NCBI GenBank assembly: GCA_000004695.1
Contig: CM000153.2
Location: 4,384,001-4,448,000 of the forward strand
Reading direction: 5' to 3'
DNA from: Dictyostelium discoideum
Taxonomy: Eukaryota
Length of the DNA: 64,000 nucleotides
Part shown: positions 1 to 14,154 of the stretch, one piece after another
Position numbering within the stretch: position 1 is the stretch's first letter
Layout: every line of letters begins with the position of its first letter
Made by a program: the position numbers and the translations under genes
Notes under the pieces: generated by a model
What the model was told of the DNA's origin: nothing
Database searches by the model: none
The model's input: only the letters and a program-made list of their open reading frames with translations

Positions 1-244
1 TCTATATTTTTGTAACCCATTTTGGTTAATCCATTCAACAATTGTTGATGGTGTTTTCATCTTTTTAACTGTATTATTATTATTATTATTATTTCCATTA
101 TTATTTATAGAATTACTTATTGTATTATTAGATGATACTGGAGGAGATGGTAATGTAATAGATGAATTAGAAGAGGATGAAAGAGATGGTGGTGGTGATA
201 ATGAAAGAGGTTTAGGTATTATATTGTTATTATTGTTATTATTG

Positions 245-300
<56 letters not shown>

Positions 301-1776
301 ATGTCTAGGTGGTGATTTTTCTTTAATTGATGGTTTAGTTTCATTTACTTCATTATTATCATCGATGTTTTCATTTTTATTATTATTGTTGTTGTTGTTA
401 TTAACATTATTTAAAATTGAAGGAGTTGTTTGAGGAAGTATTGGTGGGGAGGGTGTTGGAGATATTAAGTTTGTATTTGAATTATCTGATGATAGTTTAA
501 CAGGTCTTAAACGTATTCTTTTCTTTGGTTGATTTTCTAATTTTAATAATATCTTTTCAACATCCAGTATATGTATATCTTTATCACCACCTATTATTGG
601 TGTAATACCACCATATATATATATTTTACCAGAGTTACTAATTAAATTTGAAGTATGATAGGAACGTTGTGGTGGGATAGATGTTTCATTGGTTGATATA
701 TGTTTCCAAATCAATGAATCTGGTGAGAATATAAAACAATCATTTAAAACTTTTAATGATTCAGTATTACCAAAATTACCAGTACTACCACCAATTAAAA
801 TAAATACATCATTATTTAAATTTGAATTATTATTATTACTATTATTATTACTGCTATTATTAATTGGAGTATATTTTAAAAATGTATGACCAATTCTATT
901 TACTGGGAATGGACCAGTTGGAGAAAATGTTTGAACATTTACCCTCCAAGTATTTGTTGATAGATCTAATATTGAAAGATTATTATAATCGGATGATTGA
1001 GAAGTGTTGTTGATAGTTTCTTTTGATCCACCAAAAAAATAGAGATAGTTATTATGAAGGGTACAAGAATGACCCCAACTATAGGGTGGTATATCACCAT
1101 TACATTGAGGTATTGACCATTTCATTGTATCCAAATTTAAAATATATAATGAATTGAAGGTTGTATTTGATCCATCATTACCACCGAAAATATAAATTTT
1201 ATTATTTACTAATGTTGCTGAATGTCTTTGTCTACCTGATGGTTTATCACCAAATGTTATTACTTCTTTCCATTCACCATCGATAATAGTACCATTATCA
1301 CTACCACCAATATTATTATTATTACTATTATTATTTTTATAAAATATCATTGAACTTGAATCAATAATCAATTCTTCTTTATCATTTGAGGGGGAAGAGG
1401 TTGTTGTTGTAGTTGTGGTTGGTGCTGTTGGTTGAATTATCATGCCACCAAATATAAAGAATGAATTAGCATCATTTAATAGTGTACAAGAATGACCTAT
1501 CCTTTTTAATCTTGGTTTATTTATGTTATTTGTTTTTATTGATACTTTTGCTTGATCTACCCATTTTTGTTGTTCAATTTGATAAAATAATATATTGCTT
1601 AAAATTGAGGTAGTTGTAGTGTTATTATCATATCCTCCATAAAATGCTAAGGTATTATTATTGTTATTATTAGCATCACCACTAAATAAAACTGATGAAT
1701 GTGATGATATTGAAGTTATATTATCTTTAATTGATACCTTTGACCAAATTTGATTGTTACTATTTGACGTTGCCAT
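1..1776 (-). CDS. Kelch-repeat (beta-propeller) protein, N-terminal part; the CDS continues beyond the window start
   Basis: Minus-strand ATG at 1776..1774 (plus-strand 'cat'), preceded upstream by AT-rich non-coding DNA. The minus-strand frame stays open down to base 1, with no stop in the window, so the ORF track did not list it. My translation shows repeated Kelch-like blocks of ~50 aa with FGG / IYIFGG / W motifs (e.g. ...AFYGGYDNNTT..., ...RIGHSCTLLNDANSFFIFGG..., ...GRQRHSATLVNNKIYIFGGNDG..., ...YSWGHSCTLHNNYLYFFGG...). These are followed by S/N/P-rich low complexity. Confidence 0.6.
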
Positions 1777-1984
1777 GTTTGAAAATTAAAATTGATATGT
1801 TTATTCGATAATATTGTTTTTATTTTGTTTAATTTATTTTTTTAAAAAAATAAAAAAAAATAAAAAAAGTAATTATAAAATTTTAAAATTTTTTCTGTAT
1901 TTGATTAATTTTATTCATTTATTCATATAACCTTCAAAGAAAATGGGGAAAAATTTCAAAAAAAATTTCAAAAAAAAAAAAAAA

Positions 1985-2015
<31 letters not shown>

Positions 2016-2020
2016 AAAAC

Positions 2021-2052
<32 letters not shown>

Positions 2053-2296
2053 GTATTAAAATAAACCCATATCTTTTTTTTTTTATTTTATTTTGTTTTA
2101 TTTTATTCTCTTTCTTGATTTTTTTTTTTTTTTGCCCAATTAGCAAATTAATAATTTTATTTTATATTATTTTTTATTTTTTTATTTTATTATATTTAGT
2201 ATCATTACTAAACCATAAAATTAATATGTTTTTAAATATAAAATAGTAAAAATTATAGGTGGTCAAGTTAAAAATCTAAATTAGGAAAACAACAGC

Positions 2297-2333
<37 letters not shown>

Positions 2334-2578
2334 TATTTTTTTTTGGTTCCCGCCAAATAAATTTAAAAAATTGAGTTTTATTTTTTTTTTTTTTTTTGAA
2401 AATGGTTTTTTATTTTTTTATTTTTATTTTATTTTTATTTTCTTTTTTTTTTATATAATATTAATAACAATTGATATATATACACATATAATAAATAATA
2501 ATTAAATAAATAGTTTTTTTTTTTTTAATTTATATTATATTTATTGTATATATATAAAAAAAAAAAAAAAAAAAACAA

Positions 2579-3703
<1,125 letters not shown>

Positions 3704-4039
3704 TTGATAATAATAATAATAATTTAAAAAAAAAACTATAAAAGTAATATTACTTTATTTTATACATATTCAAAAAAAAAAAAAAAAAAAAAAAAATGAC
3801 AAAAGAAAAAGAACTATTATAATTGCATTATTATTTAATAGTAAAAAAAAAAAAAAAAAATAAAAAGAATAAAAATTTTTTACATATTCATACAAATAAA
3901 AAAAAAAAAAAAAGAAACGTCTTATTTCTCTTCACTACTAATAATTGATTTATAATTTTATTAAAATATTAATTTTATTGAAAAAAAAAACAAATTCTCT
4001 CTATTTTTGATTTTATATACATTTATTTAGAGAAAATAC

Positions 4040-4099
<60 letters not shown>

Positions 4100-4114
4100 T
4101 TATATATTTAAAAT

Positions 4115-5608
4115 TTAAAAACCACTTGTCATATAACTTGAGCCAGCATATGCACTTGAGTGATAACTTGGACCAGATGGAGATAATAAAAAGACATGAC
4201 CCATTTCTCTAGTAAACATTGAACCTAAATTTGAAATTTCTTGAGAATTAAAGAATTTCTTCTTTTTTGGTTTTTCATCTTCTTTTTTCTCTTCAATATC
4301 AGAAGCTTCTGTTACATTTGGTGAATGTAAATCCTGTTGAGATGTAAATAATTTCTTTCTAAATGTTGACATTTTCATTGATACGGTACTATATTTTGTA
4401 AATGGTTTACCATTTCTATTTAAATTAATATCATCATTTGAAGAAGTAGTATTTGTTGGGAAAACAGTGGAAGAAGATGAAGCTACATTTCTTTCATCTT
4501 CATCTGTCATATCTGCTCCACTTAATTTTGAATTTAAACTACCAGTAGTTTGAGATTTTGATATTGTATTAAATCCATTCATTGAGGAGTTTTTCATTGA
4601 TTTCTTTCTAGTCAAAGTATTAAAGAATCTCTTTGAAAGGGTTTGTGATTTTTGATTCTTTGGAACATCTTTATATGAATAGTATCCACTATTATTAAAG
4701 TAATCAGCTGCAATCATTTCTTCATAGTTTTGTTGTTGTTGATTTACACCAACTGATGATGATGATGTTGGACTTTCTGTTGTATCAATGATTGGTGTTT
4801 TATTAAATAGATTTAATAATTCTGCTTCTGCCTTAGTTTGGAATCTTTCTCTTTTAATATGACGTTGATGTTGATGTTGATGTTGATGTTGATGTTGATG
4901 TTGATGTTGATGTTGATGTTGATGTTGATGTTGATGTTGATGTTGTTCTTCATCTTCATCTTCTTGTGGTGGAGGTGGAGGTGGTGGTGGGAGTAAAAGT
5001 TCTTGTTTTTGTTGTTGTTCTTGTTGTTGTTGTGGTGGTGGTGGTGGAGGAGGGAGTTGAAGTGATGATGAACCTTTTTCAATATTGTCATCGGTTTCTT
5101 TTTGTTGTTCTTCCTCCTCTTCTTCTTTTTCACATTCAACAACATCTACAAATGGGTGAGATGGTAATGGTACTGTATCGTTACAATTAATATTTTCATC
5201 ATCATTTAAATCATCGACTTTCATTGTTCTTAATAAATCTTCATTAACTTCATGTACTGATAATGGACTATTAATTTCTTCTAAAATTTCATCAGTTTCT
5301 TTATCTTTATTTTTTTCATTATCTTCTTTAGAAATTGAAATTGGTTCTTTGCCCAATCCATTAATTATTGGTGTTGGAAGTTTTTGTTGTTCAGAAATTT
5401 CTGGTGAATCTCCAACTGGTAAATCAAATGGTCTAGATGGTAAGCTTGGAATCTTTGGAATTATATCTGGATTATATTGTAATTGAGTTGATGGTGGATT
5501 TGGATTCTCAACAACATTTTCATTAATTATTTGTTCATTAAATTTTTGATCTTCAATTGAAATTGGTGAAGTTTCAGTATTATTTGGTTTTGAGTTGTGT
5601 GTTCCCAT
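4115..5608 (-). CDS. Low-complexity protein with (HQ)14, polyP, polyQ and acidic stretches. N-terminal MGxxxS fits the N-myristoylation consensus.
   Basis: 497-aa ORF on the minus strand. It starts MGTHNSK, with Gly2 and Ser6. The (CAACAT)14 repeat at ~4864-4945 encodes HQHQHQ..., flanked by PPPPPPP and QQQQ runs. Both flanks are AT-rich non-coding DNA. Confidence 0.55.
   Translation of the reverse strand: MGTHNSKPNNTETSPISIEDQKFNEQIINENVVENPNPPSTQLQYNPDIIPKIPSLPSRPFDLPVGDSPEISEQQKLPTPIINGLGKEPISISKEDNEKNKDKETDEILEEINSPLSVHEVNEDLLRTMKVDDLNDDENINCNDTVPLPSHPFVDVVECEKEEEEEEQQKETDDNIEKGSSSLQLPPPPPPPQQQQEQQQKQELLLPPPPPPPPQEDEDEEQHQHQHQHQHQHQHQHQHQHQHQHQHQRHIKRERFQTKAEAELLNLFNKTPIIDTTESPTSSSSVGVNQQQQNYEEMIAADYFNNSGYYSYKDVPKNQKSQTLSKRFFNTLTRKKSMKNSSMNGFNTISKSQTTGSLNSKLSGADMTDEDERNVASSSSTVFPTNTTSSNDDINLNRNGKPFTKYSTVSMKMSTFRKKLFTSQQDLHSPNVTEASDIEEKKEDEKPKKKKFFNSQEISNLGSMFTREMGHVFLLSPSGPSYHSSAYAGSSYMTSGF
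4864..4945 (-). repeat. (CAACAT)14 hexanucleotide repeat encoding an (HQ)14 dipeptide repeat
   Basis: The plus strand reads (tgttga)n; this was read directly from the sequence. Confidence 0.9.
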
Positions 5609-6092
5609 TTTTTTTATTTTTATTTTTTTTTTTTTATTATTAAAAAAATAATAATAAAAATATTTATTTATTTATTTATTTATGTGAGTAGGTGTTAACG
5701 AAAAAAAAAATATAAAAAAAATTTTTTTAAAAAAATAATGAACTTTATTATTTCTTTTTATTTTTTATAATTAAAAAAAAAAAAAAAACTATTATTTTTA
5801 TAATTTAATTTATTAAAAAAAAAAAAATTGTACAATAAAAGGAAATAAAAATATAAATTATTTAAAATAAAGAACAAAAAAATATTTACAAATTAAAACT
5901 ATTATAAAATAAAAATCTATATGTAATTATTGTAATAAACAAAAAAATTAATAATTATAATTTAAAAATAAAATTTTTTTGATTTTTTGATTGATTAATT
6001 TTTTGATTGATTGATGATAAATTTTATTTTATTACAATACTAATTTATACAAATATATTAACAAAAATTAAAAAAAAAAAAAAAAAATTTAA

Positions 6093-6137
<45 letters not shown>

Positions 6138-6273
6138 TTATTTCTATTTTTATTTTTAATTACAAATAATTAAATAATTAAATTTTTTTATAAAATTAAA
6201 AGTTAAGATATAAAACGATAAAACAAATGATTTTTGGCTATATTATTATATGTTTATATATTTTTTTAAAATT

Positions 6274-6306
<33 letters not shown>

Positions 6307-6431
6307 GAAAGGAAGGAAAAAAAAAAAAAAAAAAAAAAGGGGGGGGGGGAAGGCCTTTTGAGTTTTGATAAATCAAAAAATTTTTTTAAAAAAAAAAAAT
6401 TTAAATTTTTTTAAATAAAAAAATAAAAATA

Positions 6432-6467
<36 letters not shown>

Positions 6468-7635
6468 AACAAACCAACCACCTTTCCTTTTTTATTATTG
6501 CCATCAAAATTATATTGGGCAAAAATTATTGAATAAAAAATTCAAATAATTAGTGTGTGTTTAGGTGTTTTGGTTTTCTTATACAAACATATGAATTTTA
6601 TTTTTTTTTTTTTTTTTTTTTTTGTAAACAATTCAAATATAACAAAAATCAAATATCACACACACACACTCACATTTTCTTTTTTTTTTTTTTATTGTAA
6701 TTTATTCTGAATTTAGCTGTTTATTGTTATTTTTATTATTTTTTTATCAAATTTTTAAATAAAACCCCCATTTTCTCTTAAACGGTGTGGTTTTATTTTT
6801 ATTTTCCTAAAAATATTTATTTTTAATTTTTATTTTTAATTATTTTATTTTTATTTTCACAATTTTGCCATTTTTGGAAACCATATGTTGTTAGAATACA
6901 CCATTTCATTGTTTCTATTTTTAAAGAATCAAACCATTCCTATGTTCGTACTCACAAACACACTAACTCACACTCATCCCAAAAATTAAACACTCTTAAT
7001 TGTTATATAACAACACATAACGACACAATTTTAAGTATATACTGATATAATATCGATGGATTAGATTATATGATGAGATCAAACACTTCTATTAAGTGTT
7101 TAATAATTAAAAATAATTTAAAAAAAAAAAAAAATATAATATTTTAAAAAAAAATATAATAATAAAAAAAATAAAAAAAAAAAAACTTAAAAATGATAGT
7201 ATATGTGGTTCAAATCTAATTTTTTAAGATAATTTTGAAATATTTATTATTTTTATTATTATTATTTTTATTATTATTATTTAAAAAAATATTAGAATAA
7301 TGGGGGGGAGGAGACAGGGGACAATAATAATAAATTCTAATAAAAATAATAATATTATTTTTTTTTTTTTTTTTTTATTTATTTAATTATTATTAAAAAA
7401 AAAAAAAATTATAAAAAATGATATGTTTTGAGTCAGACACTGCTTGATTCCCAATCAATATTCTTTAATCTTCCACACAATCATTCGAATGATTTTTTAA
7501 TTTTCTCTCAGGAGATTTTTTTTTTTTTTTATTTTTTTTATTTTTTTATTTTTTTTTATTTTTTTTATTTTTATAAATAATTTTATTATTTTTTTTTATT
7601 TTTTTTTAGTCAAAAAAAAAAAAAAAAATCTAAAT

Positions 7636-8590
7636 ATGAACAATTTAATTAAAGATTATATTAAAAATACAGAATTAGATAAACAAATCACAGATTTGTC
7701 AACAATTACAATAGATTGTGATAATGATAATGATTTGGTTAAAAAAATATTTGAATCTTTAGATAACGATAAAAATGAAGATTATTATAAAGGTTTTTAT
7801 AATTTTACAATTCCTAAACTTGGTGAAAATGGCTCATGTAGTATGAAAACCGAGTTTGAGCAATTTGATCTCACAACTGTATATGGTGAAAGAAGCTCAA
7901 CTTCAGATTTACATCTTTGGAGATTATATCAAATCATAAATGAATTACAAAAATTAACAAATGTTGATTGGCTTGGAATTTATAAAAAGACAACTTATAA
8001 AAATTCAAATAATGAAAATGAAGATTGGTAAATTTATATACATATTTTTTAATTTTTTTTTTTTTTTTTTTTTTTTTAAATAATTATAATATTTATAATA
8101 ATAATAATAATATTATTAAATTAATAATTTATATAATAAAATTAAAATTATAATAATTTTTTATAGTCTTTTAAAACTTGCATATTATGGTGAATTTAGT
8201 AGACCAATTTTCCCATTAACTGATTATTTTCAAACAATTTCCAATAATTCATGGGTTGGTCTAAATGGTAAATCAAAAGTAATTCAAGTATGTAGTTTTA
8301 TTATCTTTTTTTTATTTTATATGATTAAAAATATATTAATAAAATTAATTTATAAATTACTAATTTAATTAATTTTTTAAAAAAAAAAAAAATAGAGTTT
8401 AGCAACATATGAAGGTGTTTATTATAATTGTTCAGATAAAGTAAAGAGTGAAATTTGTATTCCAATTTTTGATAAAAATCAAAATGTAATTGGTATTATT
8501 GATGCTGAATCATGGAAGGATAATCATTTTAGTTCAAAAATTTTATTAGAAATTGTAAAAGTTGCTATTTCTCTTTCAAATTATCTTTAA
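7636..8590 (+). CDS. GAF-domain protein resembling free methionine-(R)-sulfoxide reductase (fRMsr). Three exons: join(7636..8027,8167..8287,8396..8590).
   Basis: Exon 1 is ORF 7636.. . Its TGG codon is split by the donor GTAAAT at 8028, and acceptor TATAG ends at 8166. Exon 2 encodes ...LLKLAYYGEFSRPIFPLTDYFQTISNNSWVGLNGKSKVIQ, with donor GTATGT at 8288 and acceptor AATAG ending at 8395. Exon 3 encodes SLATYEGVYYNCSDKVKSEICIPIFDKNQNVIGIIDAESWKDNHFSSKILLEIVKVAISLSNYL*. The pattern W-G-(F/L)Y, the C-x-x-x-E-I-C-I-P-I motif and GIIDxES match the fRMsr GAF fold. Joint reading frames were verified by hand. Confidence 0.7.
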
Positions 8591-9012
8591 AAAAAAAAAA
8601 AAAATTATAGTTATAAAATACCGACCAAAAATAATGAAAATAAGATAAAAATAATTTTATTATTTTTTTTACTTTTTTTTATTTTTACAATAAAATGATT
8701 AAACAAAATTTATTTTTTTTCCTTAATAAAGCAATGACCAAAAGAAGAAAAATTTCAAATAAAATTTTGAAAAAAAAAAAAAAAAAACCCTTTTATACCC
8801 TTTTTTGAATAAATTATTAATAATTTTGATTTATTATATCTATTAATTAAATAAAATATTTAAAATTTTATTTTTTTATTTTTTTTTAAAAATTGATTAA
8901 TTAATTAATTTTTGAAAAAAAAAAAAAAAAAAGTATAAATTTAAAAAAAAAAATTTTATTTTTTAAAATCAGGGTCCAATAAAGAATAACCAAAAAAAAA
9001 AAAAAAAAAAAA

Positions 9013-9918
9013 ATGCAAACAAATATTACTTCAACAAAAATGTCAATTTTAGTAACTGGTGGAACAGGAGTTGTTGGTAGACAAGTTGTCAAATCATTAG
9101 AACTTAGAGAAAAAAATATTAATATTAGAGTTGGTGGTCGTGATCAAGACAAATGTAATCAATTGGGATTTGGTAAGAATTCAACTTTTACTAGATTCGA
9201 TTTCATGGATCCAACAACATGGGATAAATCATTAGAAGGTGTTGATAGAGTTTTCTTAATTGCCTTGCCAATGGATCCAACACCAGAGAAAAGCTTAGGA
9301 CCATTCATTGAGAAATGTAAAGAGAGAAAGTTAAAGAAAATCGTTGTCCTCTCTGTCATCGATGCTGAACGTGTACCATTGGTAAAGATTGAACAAATGG
9401 TTCAAGGTTCTGGATTGACATTTGTCATTTTGAGACCACCATTTTTCTCTGAGAATTTCTCTGAAGGTTTCATGAAACACGATATTGACCAAGGCACCAT
9501 TCGTGTACCAGTTGGTGAACATTCAGTCAATTGGATTTCAACTCACGACATTGGTGAATGTGCTTCCATAGTTCTCATGGACAGTAAATTCGATGGCAGA
9601 ACCATTGAAATCACTGGTCCAAAACCAATCAATTTCAAAGAACTCTCTGAAGTCGTCTCGAAGAATGTTGGTAAACAAATTAGATTTGAAGATATTAAAC
9701 CACAAGAATACAAGAAATGTCTCATGGATAGAGGTATCAGTGAACCATCTGCAAACTATCTCAATGAATTGTTCACTTCTGCTCGTGAAGATAAACTTTC
9801 AAAATGTACAAAAGGTGTTAATGAAATCACTGGTCATGATCCAAGATCCTTTGAACAATTTGCCAAAGAAACTTTCTCAAATACAAGTGGTAGTTGTACT
9901 TCTAAACCAGTTATGTAA
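9013..9918 (+). CDS. NmrA-like / NAD(P)-binding Rossmann-fold reductase family protein
   Basis: 301-aa single-exon ORF. The N-terminal ILVTGGTGVVGRQVVKSL is the classic GxxGxxG dinucleotide-binding motif of NmrA/atypical SDR proteins. Both flanks are AT-rich. Confidence 0.8.
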   Translation: MQTNITSTKMSILVTGGTGVVGRQVVKSLELREKNINIRVGGRDQDKCNQLGFGKNSTFTRFDFMDPTTWDKSLEGVDRVFLIALPMDPTPEKSLGPFIEKCKERKLKKIVVLSVIDAERVPLVKIEQMVQGSGLTFVILRPPFFSENFSEGFMKHDIDQGTIRVPVGEHSVNWISTHDIGECASIVLMDSKFDGRTIEITGPKPINFKELSEVVSKNVGKQIRFEDIKPQEYKKCLMDRGISEPSANYLNELFTSAREDKLSKCTKGVNEITGHDPRSFEQFAKETFSNTSGSCTSKPVM

Positions 9919-10652
9919 ATTTTAAAATTTACATGAAAAAAAAAAACAAAAAACAAAGAAAAAAAAAAACACCAACAATTCCATATTTTTTTTTTTTATT
10001 TTTTGTTTTCCAATCTTTTTCAAAAAAAAAACAACCAATAATTTTTAATAATAAATAACAAAAAAGATATAATAATAATAATAAAATAAATAAAATTGGT
10101 AATCTAATGATACTTTTTGTTTTTTTTTTTATTTTTTTTTTTTTTTATTTTTATTATTTGTTTTAATTTTAATAGATAAACAAAAAAAAAAATTAGGAAT
10201 TTTTATTGGTCTTTAATTTAAATTTGGAAAATATTACTAATAATTATTAATAAATGAATTTACAAAAAAAGAAAGAAAGAAAGAAATAAAAAATAAAATA
10301 AAATAATTAAATGTACAAATTGTTTTGTTTTTTTTTTATTTTTGTTTATTTTCATCTTTTTTTTCCATCTTTTTTTTTTTTTCCATTTTTTTTTTTTATT
10401 ATATTTTTTTAAAAAAATTTACTAGTAAACTATTTATAGTTTTTTAAAAAAGGAAAGAAGAAAAAAAGGTAGGAATAATATATATATACTGTTATATGTG
10501 TAAGTTTTTACTATAGTATTTTTTTTTTTTGATTATTATTATTATTTTTTTTTTTTTTTTTTTTTTTTTTCTAATTATTTATATAAATACACCTTTTTTA
10601 AAAAAAAAGACATAATGGCGTCAAATATTTGTTATTGATTAAAAAATTAAAT

Positions 10653-12384
10653 TTAACCATCCAATGCAATACATTCTAAAATATGTAATTGAATTGTTAC
10701 ACAATCATTATCCATATAACCTAAAGATTTATCATACAAAAGTTTTAATTCTATTAAACCATTACCCCAAACACTTTTCTCATAATTGAATAAAACATTT
10801 GGAGATGAGGGATAGTGACGACAAAGTGTTTTATTCTTTTGATTTACAAGACCGAAAAAGAATGTTGTATTTCTTAAAAATTCGTAAGATTCCTTCTCTT
10901 TTACACGAACTGCTTCTAAATAAACTGAAAAACTATCACTGTGCTTTGCTTCACCAGCTGGGTAAGCCCACATTTTCCAAGTTAAACCATACATTTCAAA
11001 ACAGTTACTAACATGTTTTTGACTCTTTATTGCGCTAAAATTATGAATTGGCCATGATACTGAATAACATTTCTTATGATCAGGACATTGGAATGATATA
11101 ACATCACAACCAGGTACCAATGTAGTTTGATTTGGTTTCTTTCTTGGTGTTAATCTAGGATTGAGTAAATCGTTTTCATTCATTGGTATTAACTTTGGTT
11201 TTGAAAGGAATCTATATGATTCTAATAATAAATTTGAAGGAATTAAATGACTATATGGTTCAACAACACTAACCATATCTTCATAATCTATTGATGGGAA
11301 TCTAATTAAATGAAATACTTTTGATACCAAATTTTTATCTTGTTGTTCAATTAAAATTGAATTTGAATTATTTGTAGTTGTAGTTGTAGTTGTTGATGTT
11401 GATGATGATGATAATAATACAGTGTTACAAGAAACCCACTCGATTGTAGATCTAAAAATATCAATCTCTTTCATTGGTATATCATCTCTATTCAAGACTT
11501 TGATCAATACATCTTTTCCAAGTTTTGAAACTCTTTCAATATTTAAGAAAAATGATGAATTTGAACAAACTTGTTCTATATAAAGGTCTGTTAATTCTGA
11601 ACATAAACCATTATCCTTTTTTTTTTAAAAAAAAAAAACAATAATAAATAAATTAATAAAATATTCCAATATTAAAAAATAAATAAATATTTTAATTAAA
11701 CAGACTTACTTCTAATAAAAATCTTTCTAAAATTAAATTATCTAAAGTTTTAATGAAATCTCTACAAATTTGTTTACCATCTTCCAAGAGAAATTGATCA
11801 CAAACTAAAAACATACTTGTTAAATTCTCTTGATTTACTGATAACTCGGATGTATATAAAAACATTAAAATTTCAAAGAAAATGTCGACTGAAATATTTG
11901 GAATTGAAATTTCTTGTTGTTTACTCTCTTTCATTCCATTGGTTAAGAGGAGACTAAAATATTCGGATTTCAATGCAACCTTTTCTTTATGTGCATAGAT
12001 TCTACCTCTTAAATGTGATTGATCAACATGTCCACTTGAATCGGCACCATCTTGTAATTGATCTAATGTTGGAAGTAAAAATGTAAGATCGTGTGATAAA
12101 TTCTTTTGAAATGATGGTTGATCTTCATATTCTGATTCATCTACAAATTTATATTGATTAAATCCATCTAATTAAATAAAATAAAATAAAAATAAAATAA
12201 AAAAAAATAAAAAAAAATTAATATTTTTTAAAATTAATAAAAAATAATATTAAAATAAATAAATAATAATTTTTTTTCAATTACCTAAATCCCATTGTTC
12301 GTTATTTTTTACAGTTGCAATTGATAAACCTTGTAACTCTAATTCGATTGGTTTAACATTTAAAAAATCCATTTTCTGTTCCAT
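10653..12384 (-). CDS. BTB/POZ-domain protein with a C-terminal BACK/PHR-like region. Three exons: complement(join(10653..11615,11710..12167,12285..12384)).
   Basis: The minus-strand ATG is at 12384 (MEQKMDFLNVKPIELELQG...). Donor GTAATT lies at 12284 and the acceptor at 12168. Exon 2 encodes ...KVALKSEYFSLLLTNGMKESKQQEISIPNISVDIFFEILMFLYTSELSVNQENLTSMFLVCDQFLLEDGKQICRDFI (a BTB signature). Donor GTAAGT lies at 11709 and the acceptor ...AAAAAG ends at 11616. Exon 3 is the 284-aa ORF 10653..11507, extended 5' to 11615. The ORF-track 'M' at 11507 is actually TTG, an alternative start, which shows the track uses bacterial-style starts. Confidence 0.65.
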
Positions 12385-12817
12385 TTTTGTTTTATAAATT
12401 TAAAAATATAGAGATAATGATATTTTAAGTATTAATAATAATGATTATAAAAATAATATGATTACAACTTTAAATTAAACAAATACAAGTTACTTCTTAA
12501 TAGTTAAATTAAAAATTAAAATTTAAAAAAATTAAAAAACCAAAGAATTAAAATTTTTATTTTTTTTTTTTTGTTTTTATGTGGGTATGAAAAATACTAT
12601 ATATGATAAAAGGTGGTGATAAAAATAAAAAAAATTAAAATTAAAATTATAATAAAAAAAAAAAAAATAATAAAAAAAAAATGATAAATGAATAAAAAGT
12701 TTTTGATAAATTTATCTGTGTGTTTTTTGTTTTTTTTTAAGTTGTATATTTTAATTTTATAATTTTTTTTTTTTTTTAAAAAAAAATTTTTATTTTATTT
12801 TTACTATTATTTTAAAA

Positions 12818-12848
<31 letters not shown>

Positions 12849-13929
12849 TTTTTTTTTTTTTTTTTTATTTTATATTATTATTATTATATTATTTTTTAAA
12901 ACGTTTTGTAGTAATAAGTTATTATTAATTGTAAAAAGAAAAAATAATAATTAAAATATTTTGGAAAATTTAAAAAAAGTGGAAGTACTAATGAAAATAT
13001 AAATATTGAAAAAAATTGTTTAAAAAAATAAAAATAAAAAATAAAAATAAAAATTAAAAAAAAAATGAATATTTTAAAAATAATAAAATAATATTAACTT
13101 AAAAAATATTATAAAATTGTTTCGATCAATTATTATATTATTTTTAATAAGAACCTATAATCTTTTGAGTGTGGGTTTTTTTTTTTATTTTTATTTTTTT
13201 TTTTATTTTTTTTTTTATTTTTTTTTTAATTTAAAAAAAAGTGTGTGGATAAATTGTTTGAGGGGAATAAAAAAAAAAAAGATGAAACTTTAAAAAAATA
13301 ATAATAATAAAGAAATTGAATAAAACATTATTTACAATAAAATCTCACACACACACACACTAAAAACAAAGACTAATCTACACAATTCACAATAACAAAC
13401 ATTAAAAACATATAATATATACCCATTATACTATATAAATATATATAATATATATTTATTTTATTATTTATTTAAAAAACAAAACCACCCACACCCAAAA
13501 CACACATTAATTAATCATTGAAATTATTAATTTAAATTGAAAAAAAAAAGAATAATTTTTTTGGATTTTTTTTTTTTTGGGGGCGTTGTAAACACCATTT
13601 TATTTTTTTATCTTTTTGGGGAAGATTTTTTTTGGATATTTTTAAAAAAAAATTATTTTTTTTTTTTTAAAAAATTTTAAAAACAATTAAAAGTTTTTAT
13701 TAACAAAAAAACCCCCCCCCCCCCCAAGGGAAAATTTTTCCCCCCCTTTAAAATATTTTTTTTTCACATATTTTTTTTTAAAATTTTTTTCCCCCTTTTT
13801 TTTTTTTTTTTTTTAAATAATTGGGAAAAAAAAAAAAATTTTTAAAAAAAATTTTTCTTAAAAAAGGGGGTTTTTATTTTTTAAATTTTTTCAAAAGCCT
13901 TTTCCTTTTACCCATTTAAAAAAAAAATT

Positions 13930-13970
<41 letters not shown>

Positions 13971-14123
13971 TATTTAATTGTTGTTGCTTTTATTTATTTT
14001 TTTATATTTCTACAAAGGGTAGAATTGTTTATAGTGTTTTTTTTTTTTTTTTTTTCTTTTTGTTTTTTTTTCTTTTTTGGTGATTTAAAAAAAAAAATTT
14101 TAAAAAAAAAAAAAACATTTTAT

Positions 14124-14154
<31 letters not shown>

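Noticed and set aside
224-433. ORF-track ORFs inside the Kelch gene on the plus strand (224..433, 689..889) and the many short ORFs in AT deserts. Examples: 1934..2246, 8901..9092, 14100..14439, 15525..16099, 24899..25153, 29374..29556, 46314..46520, 48106..49465, 49788..50629, 56024..57003, 57620..58642, 62015..62258, 63258..63871.
   Set aside because: These are translations of poly(A)/poly(T) and simple repeats (F/K/I/L/N-rich). They have no codon-usage signal and lie antisense to real genes or inside intergenic spacers.
7195-7225. tRNA-like T-loop motif GGTTCAAATC at ~7207
   Set aside because: The flanks are nearly pure A/T. No acceptor, D or anticodon stems can be formed, so it is a chance match.
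11507-11507. The 'M' starts given by the ORF track (e.g. 11507, 25489, 53480)
   Set aside because: Those codons are TTG, because the ORF finder uses alternative bacterial-type starts. They are internal Leu codons of exons whose true 5' ends are upstream splice acceptors.
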